Both the position numbers and the translations under genes were made by a program. Positions 50,587 to 62,057 of a stretch of 64,000 nucleotides of DNA are shown piece by piece. Source of the stretch: Lophium mytilinum (taxonomy: Eukaryota); the NCBI GenBank assembly GCA_010093605.1, contig MU004191.1, positions 1,782,816 through 1,846,815 on the forward strand, written 5' to 3'. Numbering within the stretch: position 1 is the stretch's first letter; every line of letters begins with the position of its first letter. The notes under the pieces were generated by a model. The model did not search any database and was not told the DNA's origin. It was given only the letters and a program-made list of their open reading frames with translations.

Positions 50587-51951
50587 ATCGGTCTGGTCGG
50601 TGGAAAGAGAGGAGGTGAAGGGGTAAAGTGGTAAATGGATGAGCTGTACAGTGGGGAGATTTGCCTATAACGGGGCGTCCGGCGTCCTTGTTGATATCTG
50701 GGCATTTGTATTAGGGAAGGGCGTCTACTGGCTGGGCAAGGAGGGGATTCTTTTTTCGCCCGGTTTCTCGACGGCTGGTTGGGCACTCGGTATGTATGAT
50801 ACATTTGCGGTTAACTGAATCATACATTAGATATAGGAATTCTGTTGCGAAAGCAAAAGGGAAATTCCCGATTGATAGGAAATCCGTGAATAAAAGGTTC
50901 CAGTATACCGATCTGTGGGTGTTTCCGTGTGCTTCTAATACTGAAGATACACGCCCATTTACCCGGCATCGCTTGGAGGACCCCGGTATGTGGCAAGAGT
51001 TGAAAACATATAGATAGTCTTGCGAGGCTTGATGGCTCTCCGAGGCGACCTCAGGTGCAATTAGAACAAACCGCCACCTCGCCTTCAATTCAGCGTGATT
51101 GTTACTCAGAACACTCATCCCCCACACCCATCGCCATAGTTAATCAACCCACCTCCAGTATAACAGCGCTGAACTCCTTTGCATGGTGCGCTTCTTCTTA
51201 CTTCGCTTCCGTTCCAGTGATCTAGTCTTTTCAGACTCTCGTATCTCTCTCCCTATCTCATCCCAAAGATCCATCACTCAATCTTATCTCAGGCACTCGA
51301 TTTGAGGTTCGGCCTCTGACTACCAAATATCGTTGAACACTCACCGCTGTTTTCCGTCACGGACCTCACGTGCACCGGACCGACGGCTTCCGAGCGCAAT
51401 AACTTTTGGCTATAAAACCTCGCTCGGTTCTGAGACTGGAGTTTTCTCTGCAGGGACGAGGTTGGGGTGTGGGATCAAAATTGTACTACAAACTTCCCAC
51501 GGAGGTGTCGCAGCAAACGATGTAGGACAAGCTTCGATGGTCTGGGGAAATTGGGGTCTTGCAAAATCCGGCTGCATGAACGCTCGATGGGTGGAGAGGT
51601 GTGTCGTGCAACATCGACACGACCTGAGTTCAATGTAGGGAGTGATTATGCTGGGCAGATCAACCAAGCACCTCATGAGTTGGGCTCGATCGACAACGCT
51701 CAAGACAGAGGCAGAAAGTGGACGGGGGGGGTATGGGAGCGGATAATGATGGAGTTCATGATCCTGAACTGGAGATGGAGATGGGTGGGGTTGAGAGTTG
51801 TTGATGTATCATTTCTCTTTGAGGGGATAGAGAGATGCTAGACAGTAAGTTGGTGAGTTTTGACGTTCCTTGATGGGGATGATGTTCAGCATTGCGGGAG
51901 AAGAGAGCACGCCTCCCGCCATGCTTTTACTTCTGCTTTGTCCTCACGACC

Positions 51952-52097
51952 CCGAGTCCCCATGATAGAACAGACCTGGTGTTTTGTTCCAAACTCCTGC
52001 ATTGTCCGCGAATATCCCATAATTCCGGGTCCCCATGATGGAGCAGACCTGGTGTTTTGTTCCAAACTCCTGCATTGTCCGCGAATACTCCATAATT
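51952..52097. repeat. 73-bp tandem duplication
   Basis: catgat.ga.cagacctggtgttttgttccaaactcctgcattgtccgcgaata at 51961 and 52034. Confidence 0.95.
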
Positions 52098-55000
52098 TGT
52101 ACCCTGGACCACCACCAGGACTCCATCAAGGTGTTCTTAGGCCAATATTCCAACCAACTACACCACACATGGGCGCTGCACTATCATGCCTTGCGTCCGC
52201 CAATCCCATCAGACCAGCATGAAAGGACACGTCGACGATTTTGATCCCCAGCAGTCTTCCAACTTCCCCTTGCTCAAGAAACCCTCCCCGAACCTACTCT
52301 TTTATACCCTATGGAGAAAGAAAAGCAATGACTCAGTGACCGTTCACGGGCTTTCCACGTGCCAGATCTCGAATAGACACCTGTACTACAACGCCACGAA
52401 GTCTGGTTACAAGTTCCTACGAATCCAACCGCGCGACGTAAACGTTCTAGATGTTGAGACTATGTAAAGGGGTGTGCAGATGTGCCTTTCTATTGTTACT
52501 TTTGTTCTCTAAGCAGAAGAATAATATCAGGCCGCGGATTAAAGAATATTTAGAAGCATAGTATAGAAATTCTCCTCTACTCTAAGAGCAGTATAAGAAG
52601 GAAAGGGCACGTGTAGTGCATATAATTCTAGAAGTAGAGAAAGAAGATTACTCCACGTGCCATAGAGTATAACACGTGTAGGCACATCTTTTCATAGGAT
52701 TTAACTGCGCCTTCTTCTTGCTTTCTGAAATTTCAAAGGATAACTAGTAGAGTTTGCTGTGCAGCCTATTCACACGCTGCAAGCCGCCAGTCCATGGGGG
52801 AGGCGGGGTGGAGATTAAGAACGGTGACGGTGTGTTCAATGGACTTGGGGATGATCAGGGTTTGTGCCATTCAATGGCGTGGTGTTGAAACAGAGAGAGC
52901 GTCGCAACCATGGTGGCGGCTGGAAGCCTCTAGAACGTGTTGGTGATGACAACCATTCAGGATGCAGGATGGCCACAAGCTAGTGGAGACGACGATGAAT
53001 GCAACTTAGCAGAGATGATGCTGCGCCTCAAGCATGGTGAAGTAGAGGTAGGGGTCCTTAGATTAGGAAGACTTGAACGTCGTGATGTTGAAGTCAACAC
53101 GGTTTGAAGTACACGAAGGTATTCTGAATGACAACCGAGTTTCATTATACTCATCTCTATGGTTCAATGGGGTAAGTGGTCTGATCTAGTTCGGCAACAG
53201 ATTCCTCTCTACATCAATTTCCCGCGTCACTCTTTTTGAAGCCAGCTTTTCGCGATGAAGCGCTCTAATCGCCCTGCCTCATGGGCCTGTCGAGCTCCAA
53301 AACGTCTCTACATGCAGAGTCCTAGGCCCTCGGACACTCTTCGTGCCCCAGCTTCCCCGTCAAAGCCCAGCGCTCTACTGGCCCGACCAGCGCCGCTTCT
53401 CCTCTACAGTAAGTTCCCATTCGCCGCCCAGAAAGCCCTCAACTGAGCCAACACGAATCTAGTTGCTCATTAGCCTATGAGACAAGCCTTCGGTCGCCTC
53501 CCATGCCGTTTTCCAGGCTCACCTCCTTTCTCGACCGCCCCAATGAGACTCTCTCAACAATCGCACCATCTCCGTCTCCCTGCTCCCTCTCACCGCAGCG
53601 CCTAGTCCTGAGTCTCGCCGCAAGCCCGCGCGACCCGCCGCATCGATTCTACGAAGAAATACCCAAAGGTGAACCCTTCGCCCTTCGAAGCTCTACATAA
53701 GAAGACGGTGCTCTTGCGATGCTCTGAGCTCAGCGCAACATTTGGACGCTCACTCCCGGCCACTACAGCCGGGCACCCCGCCTCCAATGGATGATCAAGG
53801 ACATGGGAAGACACAGACGGCGAGGAAGGCAAGAAGGGAAGCGTAGATGGGGCCCAGGACGAAGAGCTCGCGGACCCCGGAAGTCTAGGCAGATCAGTAG
53901 CTTGCTGGAGGTGTCGCAAAGACGTCTGGTATCAAGCGTCACCGCCAGACTAGGATGCAATGGCGGATCTAGATCAAAGACGGTTCACATGAACCTTCAC
54001 TGCGACAAAGTGCTCGAATGAGGGACGCTGGCGCGTGTGTCCGTGGCGGCTGAGCCCGCGCGAGGTCTCTGAGGCCCGGAAGGAGGACTGCATGGCAGAA
54101 ACTGGGTGGGAACGCACATTGGAGAGGATGACTTGCTTTGTATCTACAGGTGTACGTAGAGTACCATAGTCGCTGAATCGAATGTAGCCGTTGCTCGCCT
54201 TTATAGAGCCTGCTCAGCGACGTTCACGCAATCATCACAGCGCATGGTAGAGTGAAACGAGAGGCTTGTAAATGGATTTCATTGCTTTTCATACCAAGGT
54301 TAGCTCGCCGACACTGGTAAGCCGTTGCCTTACCTTTCTACGTGCTTTGGTGTCTCCAAGGTCCTTCCCTCCTAAACCAGCGCTCCTTCGCGGTAGTGAC
54401 GCTTTTTCTTCGAGCCGTCTCTCCGTCGCGACTATACCACTTCTCCAAGACGTCAAGAATCCTAGTTATTCCAGGAGGTAGGCGGGGATGCGCGGTCGGC
54501 GGCGACCCGTACTCCCAATCACCGCTCGCGAGTTGGACGATGGCGTGGGCAAGAGGAAGATGAAGCCTGGTCTCCCTACCTTGCCGAGCCGTCATGCTGG
54601 TGCCCGTGAGCTGTTCGAGCGCAGACGGTGACTTTGTCCGTCAAGGGCTCAAGGCCCATGGGATGCAGCTGACTGCGAAGTCGTCTTCTCGGCCGCCGCT
54701 CGTCGGGCGTGGATCAAGTCGTGGCTAAGATGATAATGAACGAGGGATGTCTTGCGGCGTTGCCATGCCCCCTTACTGATGTTGTGTTGGGTGATGAGGA
54801 AAGGTCGAGGATCTTCGACGAGGTAGGCGGAACGATGCGGTTGAAGGGGCGGAGGCGTCTCCGCCGGACGAGGTTGCGCGATATAGGCCGACTGGAAGGG
54901 AGCGGTGGGAGAGGGGAAGGGAGAGGGGACTGAGATGGAAGAGGTATGAAGCGGAGGAGGGAGGATAGTGCAGGGTGGCAAGTGATAGAGAGAGGAGTTG

Positions 55001-55277
55001 AAGGATTCAAGGAAGAGAGGCAATCCGTTGAACAGAGACATGATCCCACGAAGGGGATTGGAGATCTTCTTCCAGACCTCGCGCAAGGCGAGAGAATCGA
55101 TGAAAAAAAGTTTGTTTGAGTGACCGAGCCCCGACCACGCTCAAGCCCGTGATGCCCACCACTGGTATGGCACCTCCGTGGAAGAGACGATGCAAGCACC
55201 GCATTCCAAACAGCGAATTGAGAAGCAAAGCTCCCCAGCTGAGATCCCCCAGAAGCCCACTGAAGTCCGAAGACTTC

Positions 55278-55525
55278 AAACCCCCCAGTTGAACCAAGAG
55301 AAGCCGACACAGAGCAGACGAAAGCCGAAGCCAGTCGCGCGCATCAAGACAACTCAGAAACCCCCAGTACGAACAAGAGAAGTCGACACAAAGCAGACGA
55401 AAGCCAAAGCCAGTCGCGCGCATCAAAGACAACTCAGAAACCCCCAGTACGAACAAGAGAAGTCGACACAAAGCAGACGAAAGCCAAAGCCAGTCGCGCG
55501 CATCAAAGACAACTCAGAAACCCCC
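55278..55525. repeat. 80-bp tandem repeat, 3 copies plus a stub
   Basis: Units start aaaccccc at 55278, 55358, 55438 and 55518. Copies 2 and 3 are identical; copy 1 is diverged. Confidence 0.95.
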
Positions 55526-56383
55526 GGATCCATGTGGGCGCTTGTGGTAATCGTATACACGCTCGTGACAGCCACAGCCCTGCGGCCCTACGTTCTAAGC
55601 GGCTACCGTAATCAGACTGAAGTGAACGAGCGTGGACTCCCTCCGGCGCGGCGATTGCAAGCAGCGCTAACTGCGAGAATCCCCTGTCTTCGTCTCCGCA
55701 GCCCAGAGGACGATCTGAACTGCGTGGCCAACCGCACGCCATCCCGCCCCCAGGCACATTGAACTGGTGCTGCAGCCGAAGCCACCACCTCGCCAGAGAA
55801 CGAATCTCAGCCGCGTAAGATGTGGGATTGCGATGACGGCGGCCGGTGTCGTGAGAAATCTCGGGCAAAAGCTGGCCGTTATAAAAACTCATACAGCGCT
55901 ACGCTTGTGGTGTTAACTTCTTCGAAGCTCCTGAGAGGAAGGCGTTAGCAGGGTGCATGAGATGCAGTGAATAGTGATGAACAGCAAGCTGGTGATCGAA
56001 GGGTGAAGGAGTGAGGACAGGGGAAGAAGTGAAGGCAGGTGAACGAGTGAAGACTTGTGAGGCTGAAGGACTGGGATGGATCGAGACAGGTGACGGTGAA
56101 GGACTGGAATGGGTGGAGAGAGGCGATGAAGGAACAAGATAGATTGCAAGAGGTGATGGGGGAGGAGTGAGGTGGACGATGACGTAAGAAGAGGACGAGT
56201 AACAGAGGAACTGAAGAAGAGATCGCGACAGGCCAGGCAGAGCAAGGAAACCCAAGATGGAAAGGAAAGGAAAGAAAAGGTGAGAAGTGAGAACGTACCT
56301 GACTCGGCTCCCACAATATATACGAAGGGCACTCCGATCATCCGCCGCCGACAAGTGACCAAGTCAACCAGAGGTCGATACTA

Positions 56384-56461
56384 GTTGTCGAAACCAAAGC
56401 GGTCAAAACCAAAGCGGTCGATGCCAAAGTCGTCGAAACCAGTTCCATCAAAACCAAAGTT
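56384..56461. repeat. 15-bp minisatellite, about 5 copies
   Basis: gtcgaaaccaaagcg gtcaaaaccaaagcg gtcgatgccaaagtc gtcgaaaccagttcc atcaaaaccaaagtt. Confidence 0.85.
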
Positions 56462-58847
56462 TGAGCGAAGTAAGGAAGAAGGAAGGTCGGGGGGCGGCGG
56501 GCCTTAAGTAGTCGGAGGGAGAAGGAGGCCGGTAACGCTAACCGCTTTGGGAAATCACGTGCGGGCACCCCCTCACACCCTGCGTGCCCTCTGCGTGCCC
56601 CTTTCAGTTGCTTCTTGTAACTACTGACGTCAGTTTCCATGGAGCAACCTTCGCCCAGTTTCCACCAGTTTCCACGACGGTCCCAGGCAGCAGCGAGGTA
56701 GTGCAGTGCCGTCGCCAGGCCGGCAGCTTCACTATGAGTGAACGATATGGCGACTCCAGTAGGGTCGCAGTTCTTAAGATAAGAGAGAGCGAGATGGCAT
56801 GATCGTATAGAATGAACACAATGAAGTTGGAAGAGATTGCAGTCCCTTCCGGGCATCTCACCGTCCACCCCATGTCGCAAGGCCCGCTCATGGCCTCCTC
56901 TGCCTATAGCCGTGCGACATTCGCCGTGACAGCAGCCGGTCAAGCTCCCTGAAGATAAGAGACGGGAGGAGCGACTGCCCATAGATATGCAGAGAATGAA
57001 GACAGCAATGAAGATCACAGTAATGATTCGACCATACCATGCTACTGTCCTAGATGCCCTCGAAAGGCAGCCAGCAACCTCCAAAACGCTACGAGCAACG
57101 CGGCACTCTCCCTCAACAGCGTCGTAGATGATATTCCTCACATCTTCAAGCCCATGCGTTTCTCGGCGCTCTGCGTCTTCAGTGGCTCCTCTGCTATACC
57201 CGGTCTCTAAGTCCTTCGCTGGGCCATGCTGCTACATCCACAGCGGCGCTTTCAGCAACACCATGAGCGAGACGCTGCCCTCCGGAGCATACTACGAGCC
57301 TCCCACCTGCGAGCCACACTCTCCTCCCGTTATACCCTCGCCTTCGACTTTATCATCTCCCCCTATCCTCTCGTCGCCCACTCGACAACCCTTCACCCGT
57401 CAGGACCCCAAGCTCCTCGACCATCCAGGTGCGATGCCGTCTTCGCAGGCATCGGCGCCCGTCCCATCCTTTCGTAGCAGCCTCTTCTCATCGGTGCCTC
57501 CAAGCGACGGAGTCCAACATACCCAGCTACCGCCACCGATCCAACTGCCGATGACGCCTCGGCAGACACCATCGACGATACATTCGTAAGGGTCCACTGG
57601 AAGAATACCCGGAGAGCGAAGTGATGGCCGGCAAGCCCGAGCGCGACTTGGAGACCAGGCCACGTCGAAGCCAGAGGCGATATCACGGGCGACGGCGTCG
57701 TCGGCACGCGGGATCTCTGGTACGTGGGCGGGCTGGGGCTTGACATCTGAGTGGGACGGCAGTAGATGAGGCGCATGGATAGCTTGACGGGAACACATCT
57801 CCTCTTGCAAAGGAACATTGAAAGGACGGCACGGCGCAAATATGGTTTTTGGTGTAAGGCTTGAGGGACGCACAATGGGAGAAGAGTTTTCTTTCTGCAC
57901 GCGGATAGTGATTAAATAGAGCATGACAAAAATGCGAAGACTCTATCGCTAATATCATTGGTTTTATCTACTATATCCGTTCCATGCTTGAATTTTGATG
58001 TCGATGAAGTGGAATCCTTTCTTCTATGTGTATACTTACATGAGATTCGTAGGTTCATCCTCGCCTTTTCAGCAACCAGGTTTGATTCGACATGCCATTC
58101 TTTGGGATTGTGGACTGAAGCTGCCGTCCAACGTTGACGAGATGATTGTGGAAGATCTCTGCTTCCATGAGCACAGGTGTGGAGGAAGCGCTATCTCTCT
58201 CGATGGCTTCTGCATGAGCTTGGCGAGATGGGGATCCTAGCAGGGAATTGATAGCCTCGCTGCTGGTCTTGGCCGACGTGGGGGTCTTTGCGTAGGCGCG
58301 CTTCTCTTAACAGAGAAGAGGATTCTCGCAATGCTTCGAGAGCGCTGTCCTCGGGTAGTGGACCTGGCTTAGTTGCCGGCGCGAAGGAGTTGAAGGGACG
58401 CCTTTGGGGATGGCGTAGCTCTGTCGTGATGGATGATCTGACATCACGTGGAAGCTATGGTATGGATTGAAGCCGTACCAGTGACATGGGTGGACGTGTT
58501 TGTTGCCGAAGCCGAAGCCCGCGGAGTAGTATTCGTATGGTGAACCTGTAGCAAACTTGAATGGCCTAAAGTTTGCAGCGCAGACGTTTTCTCTTCCATG
58601 GCGCAGATTTTCTACCGTCATACTGTCATTGGTCTCGCCCATCCAGTCTTTTGTGGATCTCAATGCGCCTCATCGGACGCTATCTCCGCTAGATTTGAGC
58701 TTCGATGGCTCAATATCTGGCGCCCTGGCGGTTGCGACTGCCGGGAGTTTCTAGCAGGTTTTCCTACGGGGGACCTGTGTTGAGAAGATGCTCTAGGCCG
58801 GGTGTTTGATGTGAGAGCCCTCAATGGTGGCTCTCTGTCTATTTGTC

Positions 58848-60730
58848 CTAGCCAATGATGGAGGGGACAGAAGCAGAAGATCGATGATTGCCAGGAGAAG
58901 GACTGTAATGGATAGCCGGCGGCACCTCGAGAGTATCACGTCGCTTTGGCGGTCGCTTGATACCACTGGATTCAGCAGTTGAAACGGTGGCCAGATGCTG
59001 CATCTCGAGCGACGTCTTGTTAGTCGGGCTGCTGTCGAGTGCAACGCCTTCGATGCCAAGGCCAGTACCGGACCCCATCGTCATGAAGCTGCCCCTCGAA
59101 TTCTGTTTACGCAGCGAAGGAGTGAGGTTCCCTTCTGCGTCTCGGCGCGGATTGTACGACTCCCTAATATGGGCCAGCGCAGGATTTCGGTGCTCTTCGC
59201 CGGGAATCTCGGGAAAGTCGACAGCTCGACCGCGTTTGAACTCAGCCACGTCGTCATGCGCTGCGGTGCCAAAGTAATTGCCAACGGAAGTCAGCATGTT
59301 GGCGACTTTTTTCCTGTTGCCGGCATCGACTCGCTCAGGTTCCTTGACGACGTCGCTAGCGGTGCTATCAGCGCTTCTACTGCTTGGTAGGTGGTCTTCG
59401 CTTGGCGGAAGCTGCAAAGTCGGCTGCCGTAGAAGCCCCTGGCCGTGATGGCCATGTGAACAGTTGCAGTGATGCGTTCCGGGATCTTGAGTCTCTTGCT
59501 TCTTCGTTATTTCCCCGTTGACGGTCAGCAGAACTAGCGACCCGAGTGCTGCCATCACAGTACCAGCTATGGGGGCCCACTGGCCTGGAAGTATGTCAGT
59601 AGTTTAAGATGACGGCAAAGGAGGAACACGTACCGATGGAAGCAAAGGGCTCTGTCTGGTATCGAACCTGACGGCTGAAGAAGTTTCTCTCGCCAATGAT
59701 GAGGATAGCAAGGACGGCAGCGCTGAAGATGGGAATTTCGACTCCATTGAGGACTTTCCTAATTACGCTGTTCACGCCCATCATGCGCCTCTCGGTAGCG
59801 CCGTTGGTTCCCTCAATGACTTGGTCAATTCTGTCATCTCGGTCCTCATCAGCACGGAGCTTCTTCCAATTGATTTCGACGATTCTGTTCCACATGGATA
59901 CAAGGGAAAGAATGGCTGGGACACAGCACGCTGCTGCGAGGAGGGTGGCGGTATTGAAGGTGAGCATGTCTGGCGAGGGAATCACGTAGATGTTGTTGGC
60001 CGAGCCGCCTCGCAAGGGAGAGAAGGGGCCATCCTCAGTAGTACAAACGAGGCCACAAGAGTCCCCGTAGGTAAAATCACTCGCAGTCTGGAGAACGTGT
60101 TTGCCAGAGTCGTTGCTGAAGCATTTGTGGGACGTGCTCCGGTAGAATTCAACCGTCAAGCTTAGCAGGCCTTAGAGATCAATCAGAGAAATGCTCGTCG
60201 ATGGACTAAAGACAGATAGAATACTCACCGGCAAGGACAAGACCGGTCCACAAAAAAATGGTGTTGCGACCGGGATCATAGAAGTAGGTTCGAGAGAGTT
60301 TGACGGTTACCGGAGCAGCCAAGATGCCTATCGAGCATGTCTGGAAAGCACCGTATACATCCATATCGACGGCGCCTGGTGTTTGAGTCGTTAGCGGTGA
60401 GGTCGCGTAGCAGTGTGACAGTGACTTACCATCGACGTGCATAGCCGCGAGAACGATGCCGTGGATGGCAGCAACGGCAGGGAACAACAACGCAGCGGCT
60501 AAGCAGGCGTTCTTCAACCATTCCGTCTTTCTTGCCAGCACGCAGGCGGCTACGAGGCAGTAATAGAGAATCCGTGAACCGGGCCCATATTGGCCTGACA
60601 CCGGCCAGGCGCACACGACGCGCAGCGCATCACTAATAGCACTCGTAGCGTTTGGAGAAGAGGTAAAATTGGTGGCAGCGGTTCGAGCAACGAAGGTGGT
60701 GAGCAACGAGGCTGAAGATATCACTGGCAT
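58848..60730 (-). CDS. Fungal multi-pass membrane protein of unknown function (4 exons)
   Basis: VVCAWPVSGQYGPGSRILYY, GAVDMDVYGAFQ.CSIGIL and EPFASIGQWAP segments. Canonical introns 60429-60376, 60228-60171 and 59633-59585 join three track ORFs in frame. Confidence 0.85.
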
Positions 60731-62057
60731 ACCTCCGTGTTCCACGGATACAATGGCAGTGTGATGGAATAGAAGAGGACTCGCTGATATTAATGGGTAG
60801 ACAGAGGGGCGTCTGGGGCTCCGTATCGCATTGTCTGGGCGACAGGAGATGGAAGCTGCTCGCGTGCTCAACTACCCAGACAAGGTGGCAGGCATCCGCC
60901 TCTGAAGGGTGAGGCTGTTGGCCACCTGGGCGCGTGGTGATGATAGTGGCACAGGGCGCAAGATGCAGTTGGTCCAGCGGCCGCTTGACTGGTGAGGGAA
61001 GCTGGTAAAGCACGACGGTCGCGCGTGCTTCTCTTCAGCGGCCGGTGAGGCTGATTTGGCCCAGTCGGCAGGCCGGGATGCTCCACGCCCGCGGGGAATA
61101 CAGAGGACACGGGCTGCAAACTGTGTGGCTGTGTTTTGGTGTGGAGAGACGGCCTAGCTGCATGAAGCATGTCGTAATGACCGCACAGGCACTGAGACTC
61201 TGGGCGCAGAAAGAAGACGTGCAGCAATACAGTACAAGACATGAATAAGCTGAATGATGCGGATGACTCGATGAAGAGATGGAAGGTAGGGAACAGAAGG
61301 CAGAAAGAAGCAGCATGGAAGGGTTTCAGCCCTAAAAGATGGGGGTGGGACCGGAGTACCAAGTACCTAGCTAGCCATGTTTCCCCAGTATTATATCCTG
61401 ATGCAGAGTTACAAATCAACCACCCAGCTCTAGATGGCTTAGTCTCCTAAAGCTTGCGTATTGTACCAGATTTACACCCCGACTACCCAGCTCAGACGGC
61501 TTAGTCTCCTGATAGCTGCGTATTGTGTGGCCAAGATCGGCAGTCTTCAGGCTAGGCATCGCGCTAGCTCACCGGAATCTGAGGTGAGGCTGCAGATCTC
61601 TTTTCCCTCATCGTCAGCCCGCAGCCTGCCCTGCCCTGCTGCATCCATCAGTAGTCGAATACTCGTCTTGGCCCTGCTGCATTCATCAATCCAATCCTCG
61701 TCCTGCCTGCCGTTCTTCCATCTCTCTTTGGCCCCGCACCATCCTCTCACATATATCGCTCACTGCAGGGACCATCATCGGGTCAGATCTCTTCGATTTA
61801 CGGGGCACGAGAAAGCCCGCAGGCTCACAGTGTTCGCGCCGTCCACAACCAGCTCGACACAGCCTCCACACGCATCTGGGCATGCAGGGCTGACCTCCCC
61901 TCGCCCCACTCTCAACTCTCTTGGCAGCGCATGTCGCCGTTGCCGTGTGAGCGGGCAGCTGCCATCGTGGAGAAAATCTAACCTCCACGTCGCCATCGAC
62001 AGTCGAACACCAATGCCGTGCCTCTAGCAACTCTCCACTTCGCCAACAAGTTTGAAA

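Noticed and set aside
55178..57141. 194-aa and 267-aa track ORFs
   Set aside because: Explained by tandem repeats or low complexity, with no protein-family signal.
57263..57589. Pro/Ser-rich ORF followed by gtaagg
   Set aside because: Could be a first exon, but I found no convincing downstream exon or domain.
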